The translations under genes and the position numbers were made by a program. From positions 1 through 64,000 of the forward strand of contig CAWAUM010000013.1 of assembly GCA_963785235.1 (NCBI GenBank): a stretch of 64,000 nucleotides of DNA, in the 5' to 3' direction. Positions within the stretch are counted from its first letter, which is position 1; each line of letters opens with the position of its first letter. The stretch is from an uncultured delta proteobacterium (lineage in GTDB: Bacteria; Desulfobacterota; Desulfomonilia; UBA1062). The notes under the pieces are model-generated. The model ran no database searches. It worked only from the letters and a program-made list of their open reading frames with translations, and was not told where the DNA came from. Positions 21,646 through 31,182 of the stretch are shown here, piece by piece.

Positions 21646-22499
21646 TGCCTGATCTGGCCCTCAAGGTGGACGTGGACACCTTCCGCGGCATGAAGGAGGG
21701 TGTCCCGGCCATTGCTGAAATCCTGGCCGGGTACGGCCTGAAAGCGAGCTTTTTCATCAGCTTCGGCCCGGACCGATCTGGCCTGGCCGTGCTGCAGCTC
21801 CTGCGGCCCTCATTTCTGAAAAAGATGATCCGCACCAACGCCCCGGGCCTCTACGGGTGGAAGACAGCGCTGTACGGCACCCTGCTGAGAGCGCCCATGA
21901 TCGGTATGGATTTCCCGGAAACGATCCAGGGGCTCATGATGTCCGGCCATGAGATCGCCTGCCACGCCTGGGACCACCGCATATGGCAGGACTGGCTCTT
22001 TCTCATGAGCAGGAATTCCATAGAGGCATGGTTTGCCAAGATGGTCGGGGCCTATTTCCAGATTACGGGCTCACAGCCCAAGGCCTTCGGCGCGCCCAGC
22101 TGGATGATGGATAAACGCTCGCTTGCGGTCGTTGCAACCTATAACCTGTCATACCTGAGCTGCACCAGGGCCACGGCCCCGTTCGTCTTTGCAGAAAACT
22201 CCATGATCGAAGTCCCCTCTAACATGCCGTGTATTGAAGAAGTGGGCACAGACGGTGTCATGGCAGCCATCAAAGACCGCTCTGATAGCCCTGTCCCTCA
22301 GGTACTGCCGGTACACGCCGAGGTGGAGGGCATGACGTACCAGGGGCAATTCAAGGAGATGCTGAACCTGGCAGTCTCGCTTGGTTACCGGATCTGTCCG
22401 CTGCACGAAATTGCATCAGGCCTTGAGAAGGACCGGCTCCCCGTACGTCCGCTCACCATGGGCCTGATCCCCGGCAGGGCCTTCAAGTGTGCGGTTTAA
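21645..22499 (+). CDS. arnD: Ara4FN-undecaprenyl phosphate deformylase
   Basis: LKVDVDTFRG..EGVP, FFISFGPD.SG, HAWDH..WQD, HAEVEG. Confidence 0.88.
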   Translation: MPDLALKVDVDTFRGMKEGVPAIAEILAGYGLKASFFISFGPDRSGLAVLQLLRPSFLKKMIRTNAPGLYGWKTALYGTLLRAPMIGMDFPETIQGLMMSGHEIACHAWDHRIWQDWLFLMSRNSIEAWFAKMVGAYFQITGSQPKAFGAPSWMMDKRSLAVVATYNLSYLSCTRATAPFVFAENSMIEVPSNMPCIEEVGTDGVMAAIKDRSDSPVPQVLPVHAEVEGMTYQGQFKEMLNLAVSLGYRICPLHEIASGLEKDRLPVRPLTMGLIPGRAFKCAV

Positions 22500-22757
22500 T
22501 ATACGACCCGGTTGGTTTATAATCACACTCAGGCCGTATCTCTGGAGCTCTAGGGCCAATTCGTAATCCCAGGATTTCAAGGCATGGTTGAGCAGTAAGT
22601 TATAATTACAAGTTTCTCTGTCAATTCAACTTTTTTGTTGAACGTTTCGGACAGAGTCGAATGATGGAAGTATAAAGAAGTGGCAGAGGTTCAAATCCCA
22701 GCCACTTAGTTTTAGGATCCCGAATTTAAAGGTAAAAAACTCCCTGAGAAAATTAAC

Positions 22758-23060
22758 TTATTTCTTCATCGATTTCTGGAAAAGGGCATCAGCCTTCTTC
22801 TCCTTTTCCTCTGCTATCCGCTCCCTTTCCTCTGCCTTCTTTATGGCATTATCGGCGCGGGTTGCTGCGTCATCCGCCTTCATCTTGGCCTCATTGGCTT
22901 GCGCTTTTGCAGCCTGCGCCTCCTGAATTGCCTGATCAATTTTAGCATCGGTCGCCTTCTGCTGGGCCTGAACCTTATCCAGGTCACTGGTTGTTGCACA
23001 ACCCCACATACTGAGAGCGAGTACAAGCACCATTGAAATCCCCGATAGAATCTTCCTCAT
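22758..23060 (-). CDS. Lpp/OprI-like alanine-zipper lipoprotein
   Basis: Lipobox WGC, Ala-rich coiled coil, C-terminal FQKSMKK. Confidence 0.85.
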   Translation of the reverse strand: MRKILSGISMVLVLALSMWGCATTSDLDKVQAQQKATDAKIDQAIQEAQAAKAQANEAKMKADDAATRADNAIKKAEERERIAEEKEKKADALFQKSMKK

Positions 23061-23493
23061 AATACCCCCTTTCTTTTCATCAAAATTATTTTTACACTAA
23101 CTGAGTTTGTGTGTCAGTCGGACCTTTGATCGTTTCAAGGTATTCGGATTTTTATCAACCACGCTCGTCTTCCCTCTCCGTCATGGGTCTCCATGATGTT
23201 GTCGGCCCTTTGGGGAACAAGTGGTTTTGCGGTGAAGAACGATGAGATTCTCCTGCATGAGTTTCAGCACCAACCCTCATCATGAAAAATGTCTTCGATT
23301 GACTGAGACCGGTAATGGCATAAAGTTTCATTATCATGGCTTCCAAAATAATAATCGCAATGAAATATTTAAAGCAATATACAAGCCAACATTGACAGTC
23401 TTTAAAAATCATAAGGTTGGATGATAATGTCTATCGAGATCCTGTGACAGATGTACATATTTGTACACTGTGATATCATATTTTGTAACCAGA

Positions 23494-24810
23494 TTAGTGA
23501 TGCTTCTTGGCAGGTTCAATCAATAAACCATCCATTTCCAAATCAATTTTCAGGCGTTTGACTGCATCTTTGGCCTCGCTGATATCACTGTAAGGGCCAG
23601 TGATAACACGGTAGCCATCGCTCTTTGATAACATCCTTGCAGGGATTTGTGGACCCTGATGATTGATGATGGCGGTAATTCGCAAAGCTTCAGTCTTGTC
23701 ATCCAGGTCAGCAGCCCAAACATACCATGCCTCCGTTTTTAGATCTGGAATTTCTGGTCTGCCAAATAATATGCCTGGGTGCTTCACCTCTATGATTTGC
23801 TCAATCCGTCTTTCTTGATCGATCTCTAGTATGGGCACAGGAATCCCCTGGGCCTCTGCCAGGACTTTCTCGACTTTTTTCCAGTCAAGCGTACGTCCGG
23901 AGTTATTTTCAATATTTCTCAAATTTTTATACATCTTCTCTAACTCAGTTGCACCTGTGCCTTCCAAGGACGCATGAACTTCCAGGTAGACTGTTCCATC
24001 ACGTTGACCAATTAAATATGGCTGGTTGACGATGCATACAGGTGTATTAACCGGCGTGTTCTCGTAGAGCTTCTTCACGTCTTCCGGATAGAGTCTCAGA
24101 CAGCCATTGGTTGCATTAAGTCCAATGCTAGCCGGCTTGTTTGTCCCATGGATCAGATAAGTCGACTTACTCAAATAGAGCGCGTATTCTCCCAAAGGAT
24201 TTTGGGGCCCAGGCAGAACTGCAGCAGGCAGGGGATCCCCTTTCTTTCGATGATCCTCAGCGATTGAGGCAGGCACATACCAGGTCGGCCGGGTAACCTT
24301 GCGCACTACATGCATTTGACCCATAGGCGTAGGTCGCTCTGCGGTACCGACACCGACCGGGTAGGTCATAACAACGAAAGAGTTACCATCTCTTTTATAT
24401 TGAAAGAGCCTCATGGTGGCCAGGTTGATCACGATGCCTTTTCTGGGAGCATCCGGCAGAACAAACTGCAGAGGCAACATGATACGCTCTCCGGCCTCAG
24501 GCACCCATACATCCACCCCTGGATTGGCTGCACTGACTTCATTGATACCTAGGCTGAAGTGTCGCGCTATGTCCGGCAGAGTATCTTCCTGTTCAAGCCT
24601 GATGACTGCCAACCGGCCAACCACGTCACTGCCTTTGACAACCGAAAACTTATTTCGTTCCAAGTGGTTTTCCGGATGGATCGGAAAAGATGAGGATATA
24701 TTCTGAATACTATTCATTACAGCACATCCAGGGAGAAACGAGACGACTAGGCACAAGACCATGAGTCGGAGCTCTTTGGATATAATTATGAGGTCAATTA
24801 TTCGGCACAT
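23494..24810 (-). CDS. L,D-transpeptidase (ErfK/YcfS-type) lipoprotein with C-terminal SPOR-like domain
   Basis: DTLPDIAR..LG..EV.AANPGVDVWVP, YPVGVG, NPLG, LIHGTN...ATNGCLRL; YRVITGPY. Confidence 0.9.
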   Translation of the reverse strand: MCRIIDLIIISKELRLMVLCLVVSFLPGCAVMNSIQNISSSFPIHPENHLERNKFSVVKGSDVVGRLAVIRLEQEDTLPDIARHFSLGINEVSAANPGVDVWVPEAGERIMLPLQFVLPDAPRKGIVINLATMRLFQYKRDGNSFVVMTYPVGVGTAERPTPMGQMHVVRKVTRPTWYVPASIAEDHRKKGDPLPAAVLPGPQNPLGEYALYLSKSTYLIHGTNKPASIGLNATNGCLRLYPEDVKKLYENTPVNTPVCIVNQPYLIGQRDGTVYLEVHASLEGTGATELEKMYKNLRNIENNSGRTLDWKKVEKVLAEAQGIPVPILEIDQERRIEQIIEVKHPGILFGRPEIPDLKTEAWYVWAADLDDKTEALRITAIINHQGPQIPARMLSKSDGYRVITGPYSDISEAKDAVKRLKIDLEMDGLLIEPAKKHH

Positions 24811-24830
24811 GGTTCAATGTATAGGGTCTT

Positions 24831-25763
24831 CTATGGCCTGATCTCAACGATCGTACCATTCGGCACCAGCTTTTCAATTTCCTCAATCTCTTCGTCTGTT
24901 ACGGCAATACACCCTTTTGTCCAGTCATACTCTGTATGCAGATCACCAATCGACGAAAACCCATTCTTGATACCGTGGATCATGATATATCCGCCCGGAG
25001 AAACACCGAGTTCTTTTGCCCGCTTTTTGTCTCTCTCGTTTGGATAGGAAATGTGAAGAGACAGGTGATAACGGCTGTCCTTGTTTCTTGAATCGATGAC
25101 GTATGTTCCTTCCGGGGTTTTGTTATCGCCTTGCCTTTCTTTCGGACCATTTGGGTTTCCCCCCAATGCTATCATGTAGGTCTTGAGGACCTCACCCTTT
25201 GAGATCAACATTAATCGTCGTTCTTTCTTTTCTATCAGGATTTTATCTGCCGGTCCCTTCTCCATTGAAAAGACTTTTTGTTCGAGCGCTTCAATCTTTT
25301 TTTGAAGGGCACTAATCTCATTCCTCTTGCTTTTAACCTCTTGCTGGAGAGTCTCAATCAGTGTTTGTTGTGCATCAATCCTCTCATCCTTCATAGTGAC
25401 ATTATTGATATGATATATCATCCTCTCACTGTCATGTCTGTATATGCTCTCCGGATAATTCTTTATGAGTTTCTGAAAACATTCCAGTGATTTCTGGTAA
25501 TCTTTCTGCTCATTCTTGGGATACGCGTAAATGATCCCCATCTCGAAAAGAACTCTGTCTCCCGCCGAGGGATATCTTTCAATGATTCCTTCATATTTAC
25601 TCAGAGAGGCCTCGTAGTTTCCCTGGCTGAAGAAATCATTGGCTTCTTCGAAGTTCGACCTGACCTGAAACTGACTGCACCCGCACATAAAAATCGGTGT
25701 TATCATGATACAGGCAAAGATAAAGGTATAAAGCTCTCCAGTCCTATCTTGCTTTTTACCCAT
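24831..25763 (-). CDS. L,D-transpeptidase YafK/DpaA-like lipoprotein with TPR and coiled coil
   Basis: Lipobox-like CGC, TPR (YQKSLECFQKLIKNYP), KERQGDNKTPEG, YHLSLHISYPN, IMIHG, WTKGCIAV. Confidence 0.88.
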   Translation of the reverse strand: MGKKQDRTGELYTFIFACIMITPIFMCGCSQFQVRSNFEEANDFFSQGNYEASLSKYEGIIERYPSAGDRVLFEMGIIYAYPKNEQKDYQKSLECFQKLIKNYPESIYRHDSERMIYHINNVTMKDERIDAQQTLIETLQQEVKSKRNEISALQKKIEALEQKVFSMEKGPADKILIEKKERRLMLISKGEVLKTYMIALGGNPNGPKERQGDNKTPEGTYVIDSRNKDSRYHLSLHISYPNERDKKRAKELGVSPGGYIMIHGIKNGFSSIGDLHTEYDWTKGCIAVTDEEIEEIEKLVPNGTIVEIRP

Positions 25764-25835
25764 ATTCTCCTTCGTATTCTTTAATACTATGTCTGATGAT
25801 CGAATAACCTAGTCCGTCTTTTCTTGGCAATATAC

Positions 25836-25851
25836 AGCAAAACATGTGCCA
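25836..25851 (-). promoter_or_regulatory. sigma54 (-24/-12) promoter for the L,D-transpeptidase/lipoprotein genes
   Basis: Minus strand TGGCACATGTTTTGCT, ~70 bp upstream of 25763. Confidence 0.7.
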
Positions 25852-26017
25852 CATTCTCAGATAGAATTATGCAATATTTGGGTTCTGGAATATTTTAAAG
25901 CTTAATACATAATTCAGCAGATTTTCTACTAGTTATTTTCTAGCATCTTGTCTTTATCGTTTTTATACATATTATTAGATTAATATTTTATCTTATTTTT
26001 GGTGGGAGGTGCATCGA

Positions 26018-26758
26018 ATGGCTGAGCCAACCTTAAAGGACAGAACCTTTCATATCATAATGAAACGAATGGTGGAAACGGGTCAGGCACCACACCACAC
26101 CGAGATCGCATCTGAGTTGGGCGTGTCGCCCAAGGAAGGCAAGAAGGCGCTCAGAAAACTCATTTCACGTTTCGGCTTTCCTGGATGGCTCAAGGGGGAC
26201 ACCGTCGTATCTTTCGCACCCTTCAATAATCTGCCAACCCATCACCGCCTGACGATCAATGGGGAACAAAAGTGGTTCGGCCAATGAGCGTTTGAATCGC
26301 TGGCGGTCTGCTGGCTCTTTCCTGGAAAAACGGTACAAATCGATTCAGTATGCCTCGATTGTGGCGAGCCCATACGGGTAGAGGTAAAGGACGGCATCAT
26401 AGAAAGGAGAGACCCGGAAAGCATAATCGGCTATGTCTGTGTCCCGGTTGGAAAGTGGATGTTACGCATGCCTTATTCCTGAAGCACCATGAACTTCTTC
26501 CGGTCGGAAGAACATCTCCGCAAGTGGGAAGGTTTTAAAGGGGAAGGCGGTATAATCTCCCTGGAATCTCTGATGCAGGTTTTTTCGGGCTCATACATGA
26601 AGAACAGGATGGGGGGCGATTGGGTCTCCCGTTCGAGCGAATACTTGGCAGAGATGATGGAGACACTCGATAAGCTCCAAGGCGCAGGGAAATACTGGCG
26701 GTTGGCACCGTACGAGAAGCTTGGGTTCCCCCTTGCACTTAAGTTGGGACTGTTGTAG
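26018..26758 (+). CDS. MerB-like organometallic lyase with two selenocysteines (UGA at 26285 and 26480)
   Basis: ORFs 26009..26287 and 26489..26758 share a frame. Read-through gives ...PF..LPT.HR...KWFGQ-U-AFESLAVCW...DSVCLDCGEPIRV...PYS-U-STMNFFRSEEHLRKW, colinear with MerB. GGAGGT RBS before ATG 26018. Confidence 0.85.
26299..26315 (+). promoter_or_regulatory. SECIS-like hairpin 1
   Basis: GCTGGC-GGTCT-GCTGGC (two G-U pairs); loop G 18 nt after UGA; resembles the fdhF GCAGGUCUGC apex. Confidence 0.7.
26495..26512 (+). promoter_or_regulatory. SECIS-like hairpin 2
   Basis: TTCTTCC-GGTC-GGAAGAA perfect 7-bp stem; loop G 20 nt after UGA. Confidence 0.78.
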
Positions 26759-26881
26759 GCACCATGCTCGTACTCACTGTATATAGACTAAGGAAGGGAT
26801 CGAAGAACCCCTAGGGTTCATAGAAGGTCCTTTTCCTCTGATCTGCTGGATCTGTACAGCCATGTCACAGTATCAACTGTA

Positions 26882-26985
26882 GATCTCTGCTATACTTGGA
26901 ACTTTCGAAAAGCCCTAAAACCGATGATCTGGAGTTGAAACATATGCATTAAGTCACTTCATATCAGACTGTGTCTAATGGCACT
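26882..26985 (+). repeat. degenerate dispersed repeat family A, copy 1
   Basis: GATCTCTGCTATA...GATGATCTG...TAATGGCAC, colinear with 33036-33140. Confidence 0.55.
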
Positions 26986-27020
26986 CATCAGTTTCTCAGG
27001 ACTCGTGGAACTGATGAGTG
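26982..27020 (-). terminator. inverted repeat, probable terminator for the second arnT
   Basis: CACTCATCAGTT...AACTGATGAGTG just past the stop at 27048. Confidence 0.55.
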
Positions 27021-27047
27021 GCCTGTTTTCCTTAGGGCTCACTACAG

Positions 27048-28631
27048 TCATGGCTGCTTCCCGTTAGTACGAGGTGTGATGAGGGCAAGCCGGGCCACTT
27101 CGCGGCCTTTGTGATCCATCTCTTTCTCCAGCAGCACATCCACCTTTACCTGCTGCTGTGTCAAGGAATTCATGACCCTGCTTTCCTTGTCAGCCCAAAA
27201 ATAGACACCCCGGTCTCTAATGTCCAATGGAGAAACCACTACATTGAAGGTTTTACCGGTGATCATGGGGAAAACCCCCTTCAAGATCTCCTCCGGGGCA
27301 AGCAGGGTTATCTCCCTCTCTCCCGCAACGGCAAGGGCCTGGCGTGAAAAGCCGAGGTAATCCTTGGTGGGCTTCATGTACTGATAATAAACCGTGGAGC
27401 AGGCACTCACGGCAATGCATACCACTAAGACCAGGGATACGGCCTCACACTGTTTCACCCCGCCCCGGGCGATAAGCACCAGGGATCCGACCGAGATTAC
27501 CCCCATGGCTACACCCAGGACCGGCACGCCCAGGAAGATTCCGGCAAGCGGTGCGAAGCAGCCCACAATGGCTACCGCCCAGGTGACCTTTACGAGCATA
27601 TCCTCCCACTTCACGCGGCTCGACTTGACGAGCCAGCTTGCCATCATGCATGCCACGGCAGGATACAGGGGCGCCAGATAGATTCCCCTCTTGGTTGATG
27701 CAAATGAGAGGAGAATGAAAGGACCGATGAACCAGCTAATGTACGGGTCATCCCTGAATCGCCTGATGGAGGCGATGAATGCCGGGATAAAGATCAGGGT
27801 CCAGGGCAAGATACCACGGGGAAATTGCTCCAGGTAGAAGAAGATACCATTCTGGTGTCCCAGAGCAGCTCCCTCGGGGGCGCCTGTGAAGCGCATGAGA
27901 TTGTTCACCACGATGGCCGTACGGATGAAGGGCCATCCCCCTTGGTGCCACAGCGCGATGATCCAGGGCAGGACTGCAATGAGCATGCACGCAATGACCA
28001 AAAACGGCCTTATTCTCCATACTATCCTGAGATCCCTCTGCCGTATGATGTCCGTCAGGATCGCTGCTGTAATGATTGCAGGCCCCACCAGACCTTTGGC
28101 CATGAAAGCGATGCCCGCGGCAAACCCCAGGATGATGGAATCTCTCACCTGCGAGGAATCCGACCACCTGAGGTATGCAAACATGGACAGGGTCACGCCG
28201 AAGACCAGGGCGATGTCAACCTGTATCCACCGGGAAAGCATGAAGATCTCCCACGAACTTCCCAGAATGCCTCCTGCTATGATGCCCATAAGGGGGCCAT
28301 TCTTCTTTGCAACTAATGAGAAGGTGATGAGGATCGTGAGCACGCCGAAGAGGAGCGACATGAGGCGGTAGGGGACGTCCGTATCAACCCCGAAGAGGGA
28401 TCCTGCAACCGAAGCAGAGGCATAGTAGAGGGGCGGCTTTTCGAGGAAAGGCTTGCCGTTCAGATGTGGCACCACATAATTACCGGTGCGGGCCATCTCG
28501 GCGCAGGTCCCTGCGACACGCGGCTCATCAGGCCTCCACAGCCCATGGTTGATACCGGGAATGAGAAAAAGGAATAGAACAGCAAGAGAGAGAATGACCC
28601 ATACTTTCGTTTGTTGGGTAATTATGCCCAC
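27048..28631 (-). CDS. second ArnT-like GT-C glycosyltransferase
   Basis: LWRPDEPRVAG, PFLEKPPLYY, MAKG, STKRGIYLAPLYPA. Confidence 0.88.
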   Translation of the reverse strand: MGIITQQTKVWVILSLAVLFLFLIPGINHGLWRPDEPRVAGTCAEMARTGNYVVPHLNGKPFLEKPPLYYASASVAGSLFGVDTDVPYRLMSLLFGVLTILITFSLVAKKNGPLMGIIAGGILGSSWEIFMLSRWIQVDIALVFGVTLSMFAYLRWSDSSQVRDSIILGFAAGIAFMAKGLVGPAIITAAILTDIIRQRDLRIVWRIRPFLVIACMLIAVLPWIIALWHQGGWPFIRTAIVVNNLMRFTGAPEGAALGHQNGIFFYLEQFPRGILPWTLIFIPAFIASIRRFRDDPYISWFIGPFILLSFASTKRGIYLAPLYPAVACMMASWLVKSSRVKWEDMLVKVTWAVAIVGCFAPLAGIFLGVPVLGVAMGVISVGSLVLIARGGVKQCEAVSLVLVVCIAVSACSTVYYQYMKPTKDYLGFSRQALAVAGEREITLLAPEEILKGVFPMITGKTFNVVVSPLDIRDRGVYFWADKESRVMNSLTQQQVKVDVLLEKEMDHKGREVARLALITPRTNGKQP

Positions 28632-28693
28632 AACACTCTCCTCTTCTTGAGGGTGCTTAAACCATACTCATCATTACCGGAAGCTTATCCGAA

Positions 28694-28711
28694 CATTACT
28701 ATCTCGTAATG
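28694..28711. promoter_or_regulatory. CusR/CzcR-type operator CATTAC-N6-GTAATG
   Basis: Perfect palindrome CATTACTATCTCGTAATG between the divergent arnT-like and response regulator genes. Confidence 0.65.
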
Positions 28712-28934
28712 AACTTACCTTGATAACGCTGGTGCTTTGGAAGTTCAGCGGGTGAACCGGTGGATTCCCCGCCTTGAGAGAAAAATAGAAACAGATCCAC
28801 TTAGGCAGTGGGTATTCCTCCTGCCTAGCATCAGGGCAGAGGAACATATCTTCCTGTTCCCCATTTTTCCCTTTCTCAAGGAACAAGGGTGGCATATATG
28901 ATCAGAGGAAGAAGACATTCACGAGGTTGTTTTC

Positions 28935-29612
28935 ATGAGAATATTGTTGATAGAAGACGATGAGACCATTGCATCTTACATTGCCGGCGGTCTGCGTGAG
29001 GCAGGATTTGCCATTGATCATGCGCTCGATGGTGAAACAGGCCTGAACCTGGCTTTGACCGAGCCCTACGATGCGGCCATCATCGATATCATGCTGCCAA
29101 AGCTCGACGGGTTGACCCTCATCGAGAAATTGCGCAAGAAAAAAATCAAGGTCCCTCTGCTCATCCTGAGTGCCAAGCGCTCCGTGGAGGATCGGGTGAA
29201 GGGGCTTCACACCGGCGGAGACGATTATTTGACTAAGCCCTTTGCCTTCTCCGAGCTCCTGGCCCGTGTCCAGGCACTGATCCGCAGGTCCACGGATATC
29301 TCGGAGCCTCATGTGCTCCAGGTTGGAGACCTCATGATAAACCTCCTCACCAGGAATGTAACAAGGGAGGAAGAGCATATAGATCTTCAGCCCCTAGAAT
29401 TCTCCCTGCTTGAATATCTCATGCGCAATGCCGGAAATGTCGTCACCAAGACCATGATCATGGAGCATGTCTGGGATTACAACTTTGACCCGCATACCAA
29501 TGTCGTCGAGGTAAGAATATGCAGGTTGAGGGACAAGATCGATAAGCGGTCCACCTCAAAGCTCATTCATACCCTACGCGGAGTAGGTTATGTCCTTAAA
29601 GAAGATTCTTGA
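28935..29612 (+). CDS. OmpR-family response regulator (CusR/CzcR-like)
   Basis: MRILLIEDD, DIMLP.LDG, GGDDYLTKPFAFSELLAR, HVWDYNFDP.TNVVEV. Confidence 0.93.
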   Translation: MRILLIEDDETIASYIAGGLREAGFAIDHALDGETGLNLALTEPYDAAIIDIMLPKLDGLTLIEKLRKKKIKVPLLILSAKRSVEDRVKGLHTGGDDYLTKPFAFSELLARVQALIRRSTDISEPHVLQVGDLMINLLTRNVTREEEHIDLQPLEFSLLEYLMRNAGNVVTKTMIMEHVWDYNFDPHTNVVEVRICRLRDKIDKRSTSKLIHTLRGVGYVLKEDS

Positions 29613-31026
29613 CCTAAGGCTTACCGTTGCATTCCGTCTAGCCATTTCCTATGCAGGCATATTCACGGCATCATTCTTTGCAGCCATTTTTGTCTTCTAC
29701 TTCATCATGGCCTCTTCTCTCCAAAGAATCCATGATCACGACCTACGGAAAGATCTCAAAAAGATGTCTTCCCTCTTGATATCCAATGGGATTGATGAGT
29801 TTAAGAGAACCCTCGATGTCGAGTCAGCATCGGGCGGGATTAATAACATCTTCTTTCGCATTATCACCCCTGACGGAAGGGTAATCTACACAACCGATAT
29901 GGCCCATTGGGGAAACATTAAGGTATCACCTGATGCCTTGACCCTCCTCAAGAGCGGTTCGAAACATTTTTATGAGACACAGGGGGCACTCAAACACGAG
30001 CACAAGGCACGGATCATCTATGGGATTATCGGTAACGATCTCATTTTGCAGATAGGGGAGTCGAAGAAAAAAGATGAAGAGTTCCTGGAAAGATTCCTTC
30101 AGGGATTGAGCGTCATCATGACCCTTATCATTCCCTTTTCCACCTATATCGGCTGGCTCATGGGCAAAAGAGCCCTGCAGGGTGTGGAGAAGGTTACGCA
30201 GACTGCGTTGCTTATATCAAGTGGTGACCTCAAACAGCGTGTTTACGTCAAAGCAGGAAACGATGAAATCTCAAGACTTGCCAGCACCTTCAACACCATG
30301 CTGGATCGGATCAATACCCTGGTTTCTGGTATCAGGAACATGACGGACGATATAGCCCACGATCTGAAGAAACCCATCTCGAGGATACGTGTTATGGCAG
30401 AGAAGGGATTAAACAGTGATAACATGATCGATCACCCTGCTGTAGAAACAGCAAGGATCCTGGAGGAATGTGATTACCTGATGCAGATGATCAACACCAT
30501 GCTCGACGTTTCCGAGGCCAAGACAGGGGCGACAAGGCTTCAACTGAAACATCTAGACATCGCAGCCATTGTTCGCAATGCCTATGAACTTTTCTATCCC
30601 TTGGCAGAAGACAAAAGCCTTGGCTTCACTGCTGATCTCCTAGAGTCATGTATCATCCAGGGCGATATCCACAAAATCCAGCGCATGATCGCTAACTTGA
30701 TAGACAATGCATTGAGCTACACCCCGACGGGTGGAGAAGTGCAAATTCAGATGAAAGAAAACAAGGACCGGGTAGAGATAGCAGTACAGGATACCGGTGT
30801 AGGCATTTCCGTAGAAGAACTGCCCCACATCTTCGAGAGATTTTACCGGTGCGACAAGAGCCGGACACACTCAGGTACGGGCCTGGGCCTAACTCTGGCT
30901 AAGGCAATTGCCGTATCCCATGGTGGCGATATCACGGCTCACAGCAGTCTCGGCAAGGGAAGCACCTTTACCATAAGTCTACCGATTTATCAAAAGCATC
31001 CCCCCTTTTTGAACCCTACATTCTGA
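29590..31026 (+). CDS. sensor histidine kinase (HAMP, HisKA, HATPase)
   Basis: Two TMs, DEISRLA.TFN.ML, DIAHDLK.P, NLIDNA, DTGVGI, FERFYR, GTGLGL. Confidence 0.93.
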   Translation: MSLKKILDLRLTVAFRLAISYAGIFTASFFAAIFVFYFIMASSLQRIHDHDLRKDLKKMSSLLISNGIDEFKRTLDVESASGGINNIFFRIITPDGRVIYTTDMAHWGNIKVSPDALTLLKSGSKHFYETQGALKHEHKARIIYGIIGNDLILQIGESKKKDEEFLERFLQGLSVIMTLIIPFSTYIGWLMGKRALQGVEKVTQTALLISSGDLKQRVYVKAGNDEISRLASTFNTMLDRINTLVSGIRNMTDDIAHDLKKPISRIRVMAEKGLNSDNMIDHPAVETARILEECDYLMQMINTMLDVSEAKTGATRLQLKHLDIAAIVRNAYELFYPLAEDKSLGFTADLLESCIIQGDIHKIQRMIANLIDNALSYTPTGGEVQIQMKENKDRVEIAVQDTGVGISVEELPHIFERFYRCDKSRTHSGTGLGLTLAKAIAVSHGGDITAHSSLGKGSTFTISLPIYQKHPPFLNPTF

Positions 31027-31160
31027 CATCGGCCGATTCATTTGCCCAGAGTCACATTGATGCTGTTGGAGGAGCACCGGTTCCCGAGCCTACAACCCTC
31101 ATGCTACTCGGATCAGGTCTTCTCGGACTGGCAGGTTTCAGGAAGAAGATGAAAAAGTAA
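31011..31160 (+). pseudogene. orphan PEP-CTERM sorting-signal fragment
   Basis: ...DAVGGAP-VPEPTTLMLLGSGLLGLAGFRKKMKK* (VPEP at 31080); no start of its own, overlaps the kinase 3' end. Confidence 0.8.
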
Positions 31161-31182
31161 CACATTATTTTAATTAGATATC

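Noticed and set aside
22678-22708. GGTTCAAATCC resembling a tRNA T-loop
   Set aside because: No cloverleaf or CCA. It is the loop of an AAGTGGC...GCCACTT hairpin downstream of the lipoprotein gene, more likely a terminator.
23155-23424. Small ORFs between the lipoprotein and L,D-transpeptidase genes
   Set aside because: AT-rich, no motifs, mutually overlapping on opposite strands; likely intergenic.
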